Below the pieces are notes generated by a model, which was not told the DNA's origin, did not search any database, and saw only the letters and a list, made by a program, of their open reading frames with translations. Position numbers and translations under genes: made by a program. From an uncultured Candidatus Saccharibacteria bacterium (GTDB taxonomy: Bacteria > Patescibacteriota > Minisyncoccia > Phycocordibacterales > Zambryskibacteraceae), in assembly GCA_964355645.1 (NCBI GenBank), contig CAYHDI010000001.1:92897-156896 (forward strand): 64,000 bases of DNA, in the 5' to 3' direction. Each line of letters starts with the position of its first letter. Position 1 is the first letter of the stretch. This document shows positions 9,847 to 19,373 of the stretch, in pieces.

Positions 9847-10488
9847 CTAATTAGCTTTCAAAGGCTTTTCTGATTCCCCCGGGTTAAAGGCCTTGTAGAA
9901 CAATTCAATCACCTCTTCCGTCCCAAGGCGAGCCACTCGAATTCCCGTACGAATTAATCCTTGTTCAACTACACTCAAACGCTCTTCGAGCTGAGTGCGG
10001 TTCTCTTCGAATCCAGCTTCGGCCACAGCGGATTTTTCTTTTATGCTTTGCCCACCGAAAATTCCACCGAGGCTAGAAATCTTCCCGGCAGAAATTGTGG
10101 CCGGAGAATAAGAAACAACAACAAAAAAGTTCTTGGTCATGATGTTTGTGCTCTCGGTGAAGCTCTTGATGAATTCGATGTATTCTTTCGTTTGAATTTT
10201 CATCAAGTCATTCACCTGCTTTTTCTCCTGTTCTTCAAGCAGGGCGATGTATGGTCGGATATCAAGCTTTCTAGACTGGATGACAATTTGCACAGAAAAA
10301 TCCAGAGAATTTAGGAAGTCTTGAAATTGGAAAATAATCGCATTCTTCTCATCTTCTGATTTCAAAGAGAAGTTGAGGGACGAAGCAAGGAGGATGGCGC
10401 GCATTCCGCCGTCCTTCAAGAGGAGGATGCCGTCGCGAACTTCCTGAATCGGGACAAATTGTTGGGTCGAGTTTTTACTCGGGGACAT
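9847..10488 (-). CDS. TraC/VirB4 N-terminal-like protein of the secretion cluster
   Basis: STQQFVPIQEVRDG..NFSLKSEDE..FLNSLDFSVQIVIQSRKLDI; start placed at the ATG 6 nt after a TATAAT. Confidence 0.7.
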   Translation of the reverse strand: MSPSKNSTQQFVPIQEVRDGILLLKDGGMRAILLASSLNFSLKSEDEKNAIIFQFQDFLNSLDFSVQIVIQSRKLDIRPYIALLEEQEKKQVNDLMKIQTKEYIEFIKSFTESTNIMTKNFFVVVSYSPATISAGKISSLGGIFGGQSIKEKSAVAEAGFEENRTQLEERLSVVEQGLIRTGIRVARLGTEEVIELFYKAFNPGESEKPLKAN

Positions 10489-10504
10489 AGAATCATTATA
10501 TATT

Positions 10505-10616
10505 AACAATAGACAATGGACTATAAACAATAAACTATAAATAATTAACAAAATACAATAAACAATGGAATACCTTATTGTCTATTGTCTATAGTAACTT
10601 GTTTATTATCCTGTGT
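10505..10616. repeat. Pair of inverted 7-nt tandem arrays (about 9 forward and 6 reverse units) separated by 7 nt
   Basis: aacaata gacaatg gactata aacaata aactata aataatt aacaaaa tacaata aacaatg - gaatacc - ttattgt ctattgt ctatagt aacttgt ttattat cctgtgt. Confidence 0.85.
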
Positions 10617-11033
10617 AACAGGATTGTTATTATCTCGAATATCTAAACTCCAAGACAAATCTTTGAGCTTGGATTCTGAAAGTTTAGGCACATAAATTTG
10701 TGGGGCTGGCTTATTGTTCATCGCATTTTGTTCATTGTTTATCATTGGCTTCTTTTCCTCTTTCTTCCAAACATAAAGCTTCGAAGAGGTGGAGTAGTGC
10801 AGAAAATCTTCAACCACTTGAATAAACGGACGTTCGTTCACTTTATAAAACGCGAGAGCTGCCCCGAAGACTGCGACAGGTATAGAAAGGATAATGGCCA
10901 CGAACATCGGCAATAGACTGAAGAAGATGACGCACAACCCCACTGCCCCGGCGATATAGATGAATTGTTTGAAGGTCAAAGGCCCGAACAGTTTGTCTTC
11001 AATCTCAATGAATTGAGGTACTTGGAATCGCAT
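10575..11033 (-). CDS. PrgI-family (VirB3-like) membrane protein
   Basis: MRFQVPQFIEIEDKLFGPLTFKQFIY plus two TMs. Confidence 0.85.
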   Translation of the reverse strand: MRFQVPQFIEIEDKLFGPLTFKQFIYIAGAVGLCVIFFSLLPMFVAIILSIPVAVFGAALAFYKVNERPFIQVVEDFLHYSTSSKLYVWKKEEKKPMINNEQNAMNNKPAPQIYVPKLSESKLKDLSWSLDIRDNNNPVTQDNKQVTIDNRQ

Positions 11034-11047
11034 GCATTAATGATAAC

Positions 11048-11073
11048 AAAAAAACCGACCAAAATCTGGTCGG
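11048..11073 (-). terminator. Intrinsic terminator of the Zn-ribbon orphan gene
   Basis: CCGACCA/TGGTCGG stem followed by T7 on the minus strand. Confidence 0.6.
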
Positions 11074-11119
11074 CTCCAACGTATAGAATGAAGAAAGTTT
11101 AATAAAGACCAGTCGCAAC

Positions 11120-11644
11120 CTAATGTACGAACAGAAGATAACCAACCACCACAATTATTGCCACGGCTAGTATTTCCAGTGGTGTAGTGGGTATTTCCAC
11201 ATTTGGATAACAGACTGAATGCCACGAATAACCATTCTTGAGAGTAGTTACCTCTTGGTAATCAGGAAATATCGGTAATGAGCATGTCGGGCAATTGTTT
11301 CTTGAAACTCTCAGTGGCCCATTTGAACCACATCCGTGGCACACTGATTCCACTTTTAGAACTCCTTGAGAAGACAGAGCTTTACCACACTCGCAACATC
11401 TTAGAGTTTTTGTAGTGACATTTACTGTACGAATTCTTTCATCCAAACAGCTTGCATGAATGTAGTGGCTCGACCAACCCAAAGGTTCACTTGTACGAAC
11501 CATTTGGTCTAGACGACCCATTTTTTGGCACAACCTACACTTAACATAATCAAAACGTTTTTCTCCACACCTCGGACACTTTTCAGCTGATTGGCTTATA
11601 GAATGTCCACATTTCACACACGGAACGAGTTTTATCGAAGACAT
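11120..11644 (-). CDS. Orphan multi-zinc-ribbon protein with C-terminal TM anchor
   Basis: Six CxxC pairs plus HxxC motifs, C-terminal hydrophobic helix, AGGAG SD. Confidence 0.7.
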   Translation of the reverse strand: MSSIKLVPCVKCGHSISQSAEKCPRCGEKRFDYVKCRLCQKMGRLDQMVRTSEPLGWSSHYIHASCLDERIRTVNVTTKTLRCCECGKALSSQGVLKVESVCHGCGSNGPLRVSRNNCPTCSLPIFPDYQEVTTLKNGYSWHSVCYPNVEIPTTPLEILAVAIIVVVGYLLFVH

Positions 11645-11721
11645 GGGACGCTCCTGGGGTCGAAGAACGTGATTTTCCTATTGACACTTATATCATTTTA
11701 GCGTAAAAAGCACAACACATT

Positions 11722-12342
11722 TTATTCTAGTGGTTCTCTATATGGGTCTTTTCCTCCCGGGTATCCTGCTTGTGGTGTCGGAGGAGTATATGGCTCGGGT
11801 TGTTGTTTTTGAGCTGGGGTTTGAATGGGAGCTTGAACCGGAGGTGTTTGAGTTGGTTTTTGTTGAATAGGAGGAACAAACGGTTTCGTATCGTGTACTG
11901 TTTCGCTCGCTTCAATCATTGGAAGATTTGCTGGTGGAACTTCAAGTTCGGTAGTTTTGGTTGGGGGGAGGCTTTCTAAATCAGGCTTCTCAATGACCGG
12001 TTGTATTTTTTCTTGCTCCACTGAAGATACATCAATTTCTGTTGGAAGAAACGCCATCATTTCTTTGAAAATTCGTTCATTTAATTCCATTGTCACGGCT
12101 TTCGCAAGGACTGGGTCAATTCCTAAACTTGTAGATAAGTTTTTTTCTAAATTACTTAGTAAATCTAAACCAATCAATGCAAACAAAACTTCATTTTCTA
12201 AAGATGTTTTTTGATCTAGTGACAATCCATCTTTTTTTGCTATATCTTCTACTACGGAAACCCATTTTTCTTCAGCAATAAATTTTCTAATTTCTTCAGG
12301 AGCGCTCGTTATTTGCTGTTCTAGTATTTTTGAATCTTCCAT
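11722..12342 (-). CDS. Conserved CPR-type hypothetical protein with C-terminal DPYREP motif
   Basis: Helical N-domain (LENEVLFALIGL), Pro/Gln linker, ends KDPYREPLE. Confidence 0.7.
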   Translation of the reverse strand: MEDSKILEQQITSAPEEIRKFIAEEKWVSVVEDIAKKDGLSLDQKTSLENEVLFALIGLDLLSNLEKNLSTSLGIDPVLAKAVTMELNERIFKEMMAFLPTEIDVSSVEQEKIQPVIEKPDLESLPPTKTTELEVPPANLPMIEASETVHDTKPFVPPIQQKPTQTPPVQAPIQTPAQKQQPEPYTPPTPQAGYPGGKDPYREPLE

Positions 12343-12345
12343 AAA

Positions 12346-14685
12346 TTATTCTTTTGGTTTTTCCTCACCACTTTCGGTTGTTTTTTCTTTGGCACCCCCC
12401 TCATCCTTCTTTTCATCTTTGATATCACCCGCTTCTTTAAGTATAGCCTCTAGCTGTTCTTTAACAGGCTTTTTACCCTTTCTCAAATTTGCAGCAGCTT
12501 GAAGTGAAGATTGTTTTACAGCTCCAACAAGAAACACCCTGTCTAGACTCACCAGACCAGGATTTGAGATATTAAGAGCTCGAGATTGCGTTCTAAGTTC
12601 TCCAATCCCTTTAGTTTCCTTTATCGCCTCTCTTCTAGTTTTGTATTCCTCTGAAATGGCCTTTTGAGAAAGAACACTTTGTTTCTTAGCGATTTCAAAT
12701 TCTTGGTTCTTGATTATAAGTTCTTTGTTTAGAGCTTCTTTTTGGGCATCGCTAGCTTTATTAATTTGATTAACGAGATTTTTTACTTGTTCGTCAAGAT
12801 CTTTTTCCTTTTTAAGGTTAGGATCTTTTCCTAGAGCAGTTTTCTCTTCTTCGTTTAAAGCCTTCTGTCTATTATCAAATTCTTTTTTATCAACACCTGT
12901 TAGCTTATCTACCTTTTCTTGAGTACTACGCACTTTCTCTTCAACTCCAGAGCTTGAAACCAATTGTTCAATCCCCCTCTGTCGGCGGGCCTCGTGTGCT
13001 TCTTGTATTGGCTTTGCTTGTTCCTCAAGTTCGGCCATTCGTTTTAATGCTCCAGCACGTGAGTCAACAGAAAGGCTTGGATTTTCAGACAGTTTCTTTG
13101 CTGTTTGTATATCATTTTCTAATTTGACCAAAACTTCTGGTTTTTTTAGAGTCGAGTCAACCGTTGTCGTTGCTGTTGCTCTGACTTTCTTTTCTTTTTC
13201 TTTTGCCTCATCTCGATCTTGTTTTGCTCGATCAATTACAGTATCTGCAGGAGCAAGAGATTTGGCGAATTCCTCTTTTTTCTTTGCTTCGTCTTTTATC
13301 ATTTGTTCACGCCCGCCCTTTCCACCAGCTTTTCCTGCCCCAAGAGAATCGTTTAATCCTGTTCCGCGCAAATCAAAACTTCCCTTCGCAGCCTTACTAG
13401 CAGCCGCAAGTTGTAATCTAGCTCGAATGCTTCCCTCGGCAGCTCTTTTCTTAAGATCTTCATTATTTAAATCAGCAACAGCTTTCGCACCAATAGTCCT
13501 TCGACCGGCGTACCCAACCAACCCAAGCGTGGCCCCTCCTGCAAATCCCATAGCCGCGCCCGTCATTTTACTTACCATTCCCCCCGCTTTATTCGCCATA
13601 TTCTTTGAAAGGATAAGAGTAGCGATGAGGAAAACAATTACCACAACAAAGTTAAACAACAGTGATGCGGAATCCGGGTTTATCACATCTTGTCCGTTAA
13701 CAGTTTTCATTGATCCCGTGAGAGCGTCTGCCAAGGTTCCCGTTCCCTTCGGCATGTGTTGAAAAATATTGATAGTAATCCAAGTTAGCAACATATATAA
13801 AGGAGCGAAGAAAGCTTGATTAAGAAGAGCATCTTTCCACTTTCCCCATACACCCTCAATACCCGGGATGACCCATGAAACAAACGCAATAGGAGAAAGA
13901 ATTAAAACGAAAATAAGAACCACATATCGAATCACAAACATCATGGCAATCGCGAAGAACACGAAAGCAGCAATCAAGGAAACAATTGAGCCCATCACAC
14001 CAATAGTGGCAAGGTTAGAAGGGTCGAGACCGCCAGCCATACTCCAAATTGACTGCAGACTAAGAGGCTCCATCAGAGCATTTGAAAGTCCAGTATTTAA
14101 AATTTGATCTGGTGTGCCGGCTGTGCCGCCTGGTACCATTGCATTATAAAAAGTAACAGCGAGAAGGTTCGAAGCATCTATCACTACCTTGGTAAAGAAC
14201 AAACTAAAGTTAATCAGGATGGCGGCGATGACAATATTTACAATTAGTTTCCTCGTATCTTTCCCCACACCCAAAATCATTTGAATCGAAGCATAGAGTA
14301 ATACAAAGATAAAACCCATGTTGGCTATGTCGCGCAAAGTGCCCCATGCAGTGTCTATGGCTGAAATCTTTCCGTAATTTTCTGCCACATTAACGACAGT
14401 GTAATTAACTACATAATTTAGAATAATTCCCGACAATCCGGTAATGAGAGAGACTATTTTAAGGACAAGAATCGCTATTGGAGTGACAACTGAGCCGATG
14501 ACGTCTGCTCCAGCTTGTTTCCAACCAGAAGGAGTAAGAGGACCACAAGCGGGGTTCAGGTAAGCTAAAGGATTTGATGCTGAACAGTCGTCGGCGTGTG
14601 CAACGTTTGGCCAAACACTTCCCCCTACTCCAAACATAACAATGAAGAGTAAACCAAATGTGATGATATGAGAATATTTTTTCAT
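12346..14685 (-). CDS. VirB6/TrbL-like polytopic membrane protein with coiled-coil tail
   Basis: WGTLRDIANMGFIF, ILINFSLFFTKVVIDASN, IRYVVLIFVLILSPIAF; many TMs; K/E-rich C-terminus. Confidence 0.7.
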   Translation of the reverse strand: MKKYSHIITFGLLFIVMFGVGGSVWPNVAHADDCSASNPLAYLNPACGPLTPSGWKQAGADVIGSVVTPIAILVLKIVSLITGLSGIILNYVVNYTVVNVAENYGKISAIDTAWGTLRDIANMGFIFVLLYASIQMILGVGKDTRKLIVNIVIAAILINFSLFFTKVVIDASNLLAVTFYNAMVPGGTAGTPDQILNTGLSNALMEPLSLQSIWSMAGGLDPSNLATIGVMGSIVSLIAAFVFFAIAMMFVIRYVVLIFVLILSPIAFVSWVIPGIEGVWGKWKDALLNQAFFAPLYMLLTWITINIFQHMPKGTGTLADALTGSMKTVNGQDVINPDSASLLFNFVVVIVFLIATLILSKNMANKAGGMVSKMTGAAMGFAGGATLGLVGYAGRRTIGAKAVADLNNEDLKKRAAEGSIRARLQLAAASKAAKGSFDLRGTGLNDSLGAGKAGGKGGREQMIKDEAKKKEEFAKSLAPADTVIDRAKQDRDEAKEKEKKVRATATTTVDSTLKKPEVLVKLENDIQTAKKLSENPSLSVDSRAGALKRMAELEEQAKPIQEAHEARRQRGIEQLVSSSGVEEKVRSTQEKVDKLTGVDKKEFDNRQKALNEEEKTALGKDPNLKKEKDLDEQVKNLVNQINKASDAQKEALNKELIIKNQEFEIAKKQSVLSQKAISEEYKTRREAIKETKGIGELRTQSRALNISNPGLVSLDRVFLVGAVKQSSLQAAANLRKGKKPVKEQLEAILKEAGDIKDEKKDEGGAKEKTTESGEEKPKE

Positions 14686-16640
14686 CTTGGTTTGTATATG
14701 AATACTTCAGGTTGGCAGGCTGCTGAGGCTACACCACTATTCGCAATAAACGGATCCATATCTCTGACTGTTAGTTTTGCGCTCACATTGCGATCAGTCA
14801 AAACATTATCTTTATCAATTTCGTATAACCTACTCATTGAGATTTTTGTACTTCCATCAGGGAGTTTAGTGATTGTTTGAATAGCTCCACTTGAACCACT
14901 CGCCCAATGTCCATCCCCGTTTGAACCATCACCCCATCTTTGATTTGGATTCCATAGCTCCACTGCGAGTTTATCGTGAGGAGACCCGTATCTTCTCGTT
15001 TGAATAATCATACGAATTCTATCTACTTCTTCCCCAGACCAAACAATAGGATTATTTTTAGCCAAATTCCCTGAACCCCCAGAAACATTTGCCTCCCAAG
15101 TAACCCGAGCCATTCGCATTCTTCTTTCGCCCTTAATATCTATTTCAAACGGTGAGATCTCGTTTGCCAGAGATTCGCCAGTAGTTGAAGTACAGGAATT
15201 AACCACAAGCGGAGCATATTTTGACACCTTCACCCCGGGTGAACAGCTGATAGTTGATGTTTTCATTGTTGGTATAGAAGAATCATCTACAGACAACGAA
15301 GAAGTTATTTTTACCGAAGCCATTTTGTTGCCCTCGCTCGCATATTTCATAACCAGAGAACTACCAGTCGAATTTGCGGGCACATCCGTACCACTCCATT
15401 CATAGGTGTACGAAAGACCTGGTGAATCACTCGCTGTGGTGGTCCATGTGACTGAATCACTAAACACCGCATTATTTTTGTCTGGAGAACAAGTCATGCC
15501 TGATGTCGGATCGACTCCCTGACCAGTGTCAACAGTCCCTGGGTCATAAACTCCATTTCCCGAATCCACATAATCACTTCCTTTTGTGGTGCTATCAAAT
15601 AATCCTGCGGCACTCATAAAGATTTTTTTTGAAAGAGAGCCTACAAGAGCACTGACAATATCATCGAAAGATCTGGCCAATCCAAGATCATCCACACCAT
15701 GCCCGAGAATTTTATTGAGTTGAGTTTCAATCACTGAACCCGGAGTAATAGTTTGAGTGGCGCCGACGCAGCTGTCTTTGCCAGTAGTATTGTCGTGTAC
15801 GGTTGTGCCGAGACATTTGGTGGTAGAAAGAAATCCCTTATTCCAATTAGATTCAAGTGTCGCTAAGCCGGTTTTCTCGGCTATCCCTTGATCAAGATTA
15901 GATTTGGCCTCTAGATACGCTCCATATGGATTATTAGAATCACTTTGGGTCATAGAGAACCACGACTCCCAACCCCCCTCCGAAAAGTTCGTATAAAAGT
16001 TTTCTAGATTGTGCCCTATTCCAGTCAAAGTACATTGCGGATTGTATTCATTGCGCGAAGATTGTTGAAGAGAAAGCACGATTTGAGGTTTAAACGGGGC
16101 ACACAAATTTCCACCCGCCACCTGGCTAAGAAAATCTCCAGCGAAACCATTGGCAATGTCTGCGAAATATTGTCTCGTGTTAGTAATGTATTGCGGTTTA
16201 CCCTTACCATTTATCCATTCCACTGTGCTTTTGGTGAGTTGGTTTACCACTATTTTCATAGCAGCTTTTCGGATTGCGTCCCAACTTGAGAAAGGAACTG
16301 GAATACCCCAAGCGGTAATACCAACCGTTTTATTTTTTAAAGCAGAGGTGGCTTTTTTTGTGGCACAGGCGATACTGTTCTGTTTGCTTACGAGAAGGTT
16401 TGCAGCTACGCTATTTGTTGGGACACTCACAACGGCATTCGTAGTGTTTATAGTACCATCAGTCGTTTTAATCACCGCATCTCCCGTACCATTATTAATC
16501 AAACAAGGATCATTATCATCAAGAATAGCAGTAATTGACGCCGCTCTAACCATACTCGGTAAAAAAATAGTAGGTATAAATACTAGAGTTATGGCCAAAG
16601 AAGAAAATAGTAATTGTTTTCGCCAGTGAGTCTTTTTCAT
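14682..16640 (-). CDS. Large secreted protein of the secretion cluster (Cys-containing N-domain, PKD-like C-domain)
   Basis: Signal peptide; STVEWIN, LCAPF, FSEGGW, NNPYG, ITPG motifs; YTYEWSG PKD-like. Confidence 0.6.
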   Translation of the reverse strand: MKKTHWRKQLLFSSLAITLVFIPTIFLPSMVRAASITAILDDNDPCLINNGTGDAVIKTTDGTINTTNAVVSVPTNSVAANLLVSKQNSIACATKKATSALKNKTVGITAWGIPVPFSSWDAIRKAAMKIVVNQLTKSTVEWINGKGKPQYITNTRQYFADIANGFAGDFLSQVAGGNLCAPFKPQIVLSLQQSSRNEYNPQCTLTGIGHNLENFYTNFSEGGWESWFSMTQSDSNNPYGAYLEAKSNLDQGIAEKTGLATLESNWNKGFLSTTKCLGTTVHDNTTGKDSCVGATQTITPGSVIETQLNKILGHGVDDLGLARSFDDIVSALVGSLSKKIFMSAAGLFDSTTKGSDYVDSGNGVYDPGTVDTGQGVDPTSGMTCSPDKNNAVFSDSVTWTTTASDSPGLSYTYEWSGTDVPANSTGSSLVMKYASEGNKMASVKITSSLSVDDSSIPTMKTSTISCSPGVKVSKYAPLVVNSCTSTTGESLANEISPFEIDIKGERRMRMARVTWEANVSGGSGNLAKNNPIVWSGEEVDRIRMIIQTRRYGSPHDKLAVELWNPNQRWGDGSNGDGHWASGSSGAIQTITKLPDGSTKISMSRLYEIDKDNVLTDRNVSAKLTVRDMDPFIANSGVASAACQPEVFIYKPR

Positions 16641-17449
16641 ATACTGTTCCAGCCGAAGCCAGGATCGCTTTCATTAAAAATTATACCACTCTCAGAGAAA
16701 TATTGAGCCATTGTAGAAAGAATGATATCTTCATAATCTGAATATTGGCTAAAAGTGCTTATACCACTAATTGCAGACATGGAGTCATTGTTTATCTGAG
16801 CTAATTTTTTTAATGCTTGACCACTCGTTGCATAATTATTAAGAAGTTTAAGATGCAGGTTGGCCAGTTCACTCGGTACGGAGAGTTTAGAAAGTTCGCT
16901 TGCCGCCTTTATATACAAGTCTCCCGTAGCAATGAAACCACTTACGAATGAAGAACTTAACGGATCTGTTGCAAAATTTGCACTCCCGATTTGATTTTGA
17001 CTGTACAAATCCATATATTTTTTTCTAATTGCCCAAAATCCATTGGCATAATCTTTAATTTCTTTTAATGAAGCGTTGTCTACTAAATTCAAATCACTGA
17101 TTTGATACTGAACAGTGGCTTTGGTATCAAGCCCAGAAGCGATATTGTCTGCCAAGTCGGTTATTGTCTGGGGGTTTAGATTACCTGAACTTTGAAGGGC
17201 CGCAAAATTTGCAAAGAGTTTCTGGCTTACCAAATCTGTTTGGTTTGTGACCAAAGCTGATAAATCAGTCGAAAAGGCCGTTTCGTTTATTGAATTGGCC
17301 AAATTGTTTTGTTGGTTAGCGATATTGTCTACGTAGGCAAGCCGGCCATTTATCTTCTGAGTATTGACGAATCTTATGATTATAGAGGTCGCGATTAGCA
17401 CAAAGGCCAAAATGCATGCGATGACAACTTGGGGTTTAGATTTAAGCAT
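16637..17449 (-). CDS. Hypothetical membrane-anchored helical protein
   Basis: N-terminal TM; LSVPSELANLHLKLLN; first gene of the minus-strand cluster. Confidence 0.6.
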   Translation of the reverse strand: MLKSKPQVVIACILAFVLIATSIIIRFVNTQKINGRLAYVDNIANQQNNLANSINETAFSTDLSALVTNQTDLVSQKLFANFAALQSSGNLNPQTITDLADNIASGLDTKATVQYQISDLNLVDNASLKEIKDYANGFWAIRKKYMDLYSQNQIGSANFATDPLSSSFVSGFIATGDLYIKAASELSKLSVPSELANLHLKLLNNYATSGQALKKLAQINNDSMSAISGISTFSQYSDYEDIILSTMAQYFSESGIIFNESDPGFGWNSI

Positions 17450-17502
17450 TGTTTCATAAAGTATAGCAAATAATTCATCAAATCGTGATATGATTACTTC
17501 AT

Positions 17503-17877
17503 ATGAAGAAACCCCAAATATTTCTTGCCTCTCTAATTCTTACTTCATACTTCTTGCTCCCTACTTCAGTTCTAGCTGTGACCGGGGTTGGTTTTGGGGG
17601 CCTAGTCTCAGTTTCTGTTCCTTGTACTTGTTCAGGTGGTTTTTGGGTTTGGTTTACCCCCTTGTATATAAATTCGCCTGTGCCGACCACTGGGGCAATA
17701 TATTTCTCTGCTTTTCACACCGTTCCCTATTCTTGGTATGTCTTCGGAGTTCCAGGCACCTTTGAACTCGGGACTTTCACCCCTGGTGTCCAAGAATGTT
17801 TAGTTGCAACCCCCGTAGGCTGTACTATCCTTCCCACACTCGGCTCCATGATTATGGTTGGTACGAGCAAACTCTAA
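17503..17877 (+). CDS. Small secreted Cys-containing protein
   Basis: Signal peptide; GFGG..PCTCS..C..GC..VGTS; TATGAT -10 just upstream. Confidence 0.65.
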   Translation: MKKPQIFLASLILTSYFLLPTSVLAVTGVGFGGLVSVSVPCTCSGGFWVWFTPLYINSPVPTTGAIYFSAFHTVPYSWYVFGVPGTFELGTFTPGVQECLVATPVGCTILPTLGSMIMVGTSKL

Positions 17878-18656
17878 GCCAAAATTTTCAGTAGTTTCCC
17901 CCAATCCTCAATCTTTATATCTTCCGCTCGGGTGTTTTCGTCCAGCTTTAATTTTTTAAAAGTTTCCAAAACTTTTTCTTTTGGGTAAATGGTCGAAAGG
18001 TTCGAAGAAAGTTTCTTCCTTTTGGATTTAAACCCAGCATGAAGAGCCCCAAAGAATTTTTCTTCGCTAAATTTATTAAAAAACTTTTTGGAAATATTTT
18101 CCACGAGTAATATAGCCGAATCAACCTTCGGTGTTGGGAAGAATGAACCGGCTTTGATCGTCTGAATATATTTTGGTTCGCCGTACGCTTTGACTGAGAT
18201 GGAGAGAATGCTTTCTTTATTGTCCTTGGCCACAATTCTATTCGCCACTTCCTTTTGAAGCATCAAGACCATTCGTTCGGGTTGGTTTTTTGTTTCAAGA
18301 AATTTTCTAATGAGTTGTCCGGTGATGTAATACGGTATGTTGGCGATTAATTTGTAGCCTTTAGCCTTTAGTTTTTTGTTCTCATATTCCAAAATATCTT
18401 GTTCAATTAAATCCAATTTACCATCCTTAATTTCTTTTTTAAATTTTTCTTCGAGATATGCAACGAGCCCGTGATCTTTCTCGATCGCAATTATCTTTCC
18501 GGCAAAAAGCAAAAGCTTTTTCGTCAACATCCCCTTTCCCGGTCCAACTTCGAGAATGATGTCATTTCCGGCGACATCTCCAGTATCAATAATTGTATCA
18601 ACCGCAGATTCGGAAGTGAGAAAGTTTTGCCCTAATGATTTTTTGGCGTATGTCAT
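17874..18656 (-). CDS. rsmA: 16S rRNA m6,6A dimethyltransferase KsgA
   Basis: AKKSLGQNFL, EVGPGKG, ANIPYYIT, QKEVA, PKVDSA. Confidence 0.97.
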   Translation of the reverse strand: MTYAKKSLGQNFLTSESAVDTIIDTGDVAGNDIILEVGPGKGMLTKKLLLFAGKIIAIEKDHGLVAYLEEKFKKEIKDGKLDLIEQDILEYENKKLKAKGYKLIANIPYYITGQLIRKFLETKNQPERMVLMLQKEVANRIVAKDNKESILSISVKAYGEPKYIQTIKAGSFFPTPKVDSAILLVENISKKFFNKFSEEKFFGALHAGFKSKRKKLSSNLSTIYPKEKVLETFKKLKLDENTRAEDIKIEDWGKLLKILA

Positions 18657-18661
18657 AATAT

Positions 18662-19324
18662 TTAGTTGCGAAGCCGTTTTCTCTTGTTGACACTCGGTGT
18701 CAACACAGATTCCCCCTCAAGTTCTTTCAGGAGGTCCTTCTTTTTAATGATGTCTTTTAGTGACTCTTCTGCGAACTTTTTATACTCCAGAATGTTTTTA
18801 AATTGTTCTAAAATTAAATTTTTTGTGCACAATTTATTGCCAGCCTTTCCCATATACTCATCCCAGCTTGATTTGTACAAAGCACTTTGAGGATAACGAT
18901 GGACTTTATTATTAAGGTTTACATAAACACTTGTATGCAAAAGTTGCTCATTTGTTTCAATATGCACGGCTTTAAATTTTCCTTGAAAAAGAGAGCCACT
19001 TCTTCTGTTTCTAATATTAAAATATTTTGCGTAACCCATTCCTATTTTATGCATAAATCGTTCCACCCCTTTGTCACAAACTTGACGGAGAATGAAATGA
19101 TAGTGGTTCGGATTTAAGCAATAGGCAATAAATTCTACTAATTTTTTACTCCTTGATTCGGAATGGTTTCTATCAATATTTCCAATCTTTTCTGAAGTAT
19201 TGAATTCAGACATTCCCTCAATAAATCTGTCTAAATCTTTAGAAGAAGTAAAAATAATTCGCTTATCAACCCCTCTGTTGAAAATGTGGTAAAATTCATT
19301 TTCTTCAAATTTTAAGTTTCGCAT
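18662..19324 (-). mobile_element. REP-associated tyrosine (HUH/Y1) transposase, RAYT-type
   Basis: YHIFNRG, AYCLNPNHYHF (HUH), LFQGKF, YVNLN, SSW; flanked by identical palindromes. Confidence 0.88.
18685..18705. repeat. REP palindrome in the 3' end of the RAYT gene
   Basis: TGTTGACAC-TCG-GTGTCAACA. Confidence 0.85.
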
Positions 19325-19350
19325 ATTTCTTTATTTGCTTCACATTATCA

Positions 19351-19370
19351 TGTTGACACTCGGTGTCAAC
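19351..19370. repeat. REP palindrome upstream of the RAYT gene
   Basis: TGTTGACACTCGGTGTCAAC, identical to 18685-18704. Confidence 0.85.
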
Positions 19371-19373
19371 GGA

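Noticed and set aside
9405-10616. CRISPR array or diversity-generating retroelement
   Set aside because: Repeats are contiguous 7-mers with no spacers and there are no cas genes. The four-helix protein is Avd-like, but no reverse transcriptase or adenine-variable TR/VR pair is visible in the window.
3901-17449. Integrative conjugative element
   Set aside because: No relaxase, coupling protein, integrase or att repeats here; the cluster is embedded among core origin genes.
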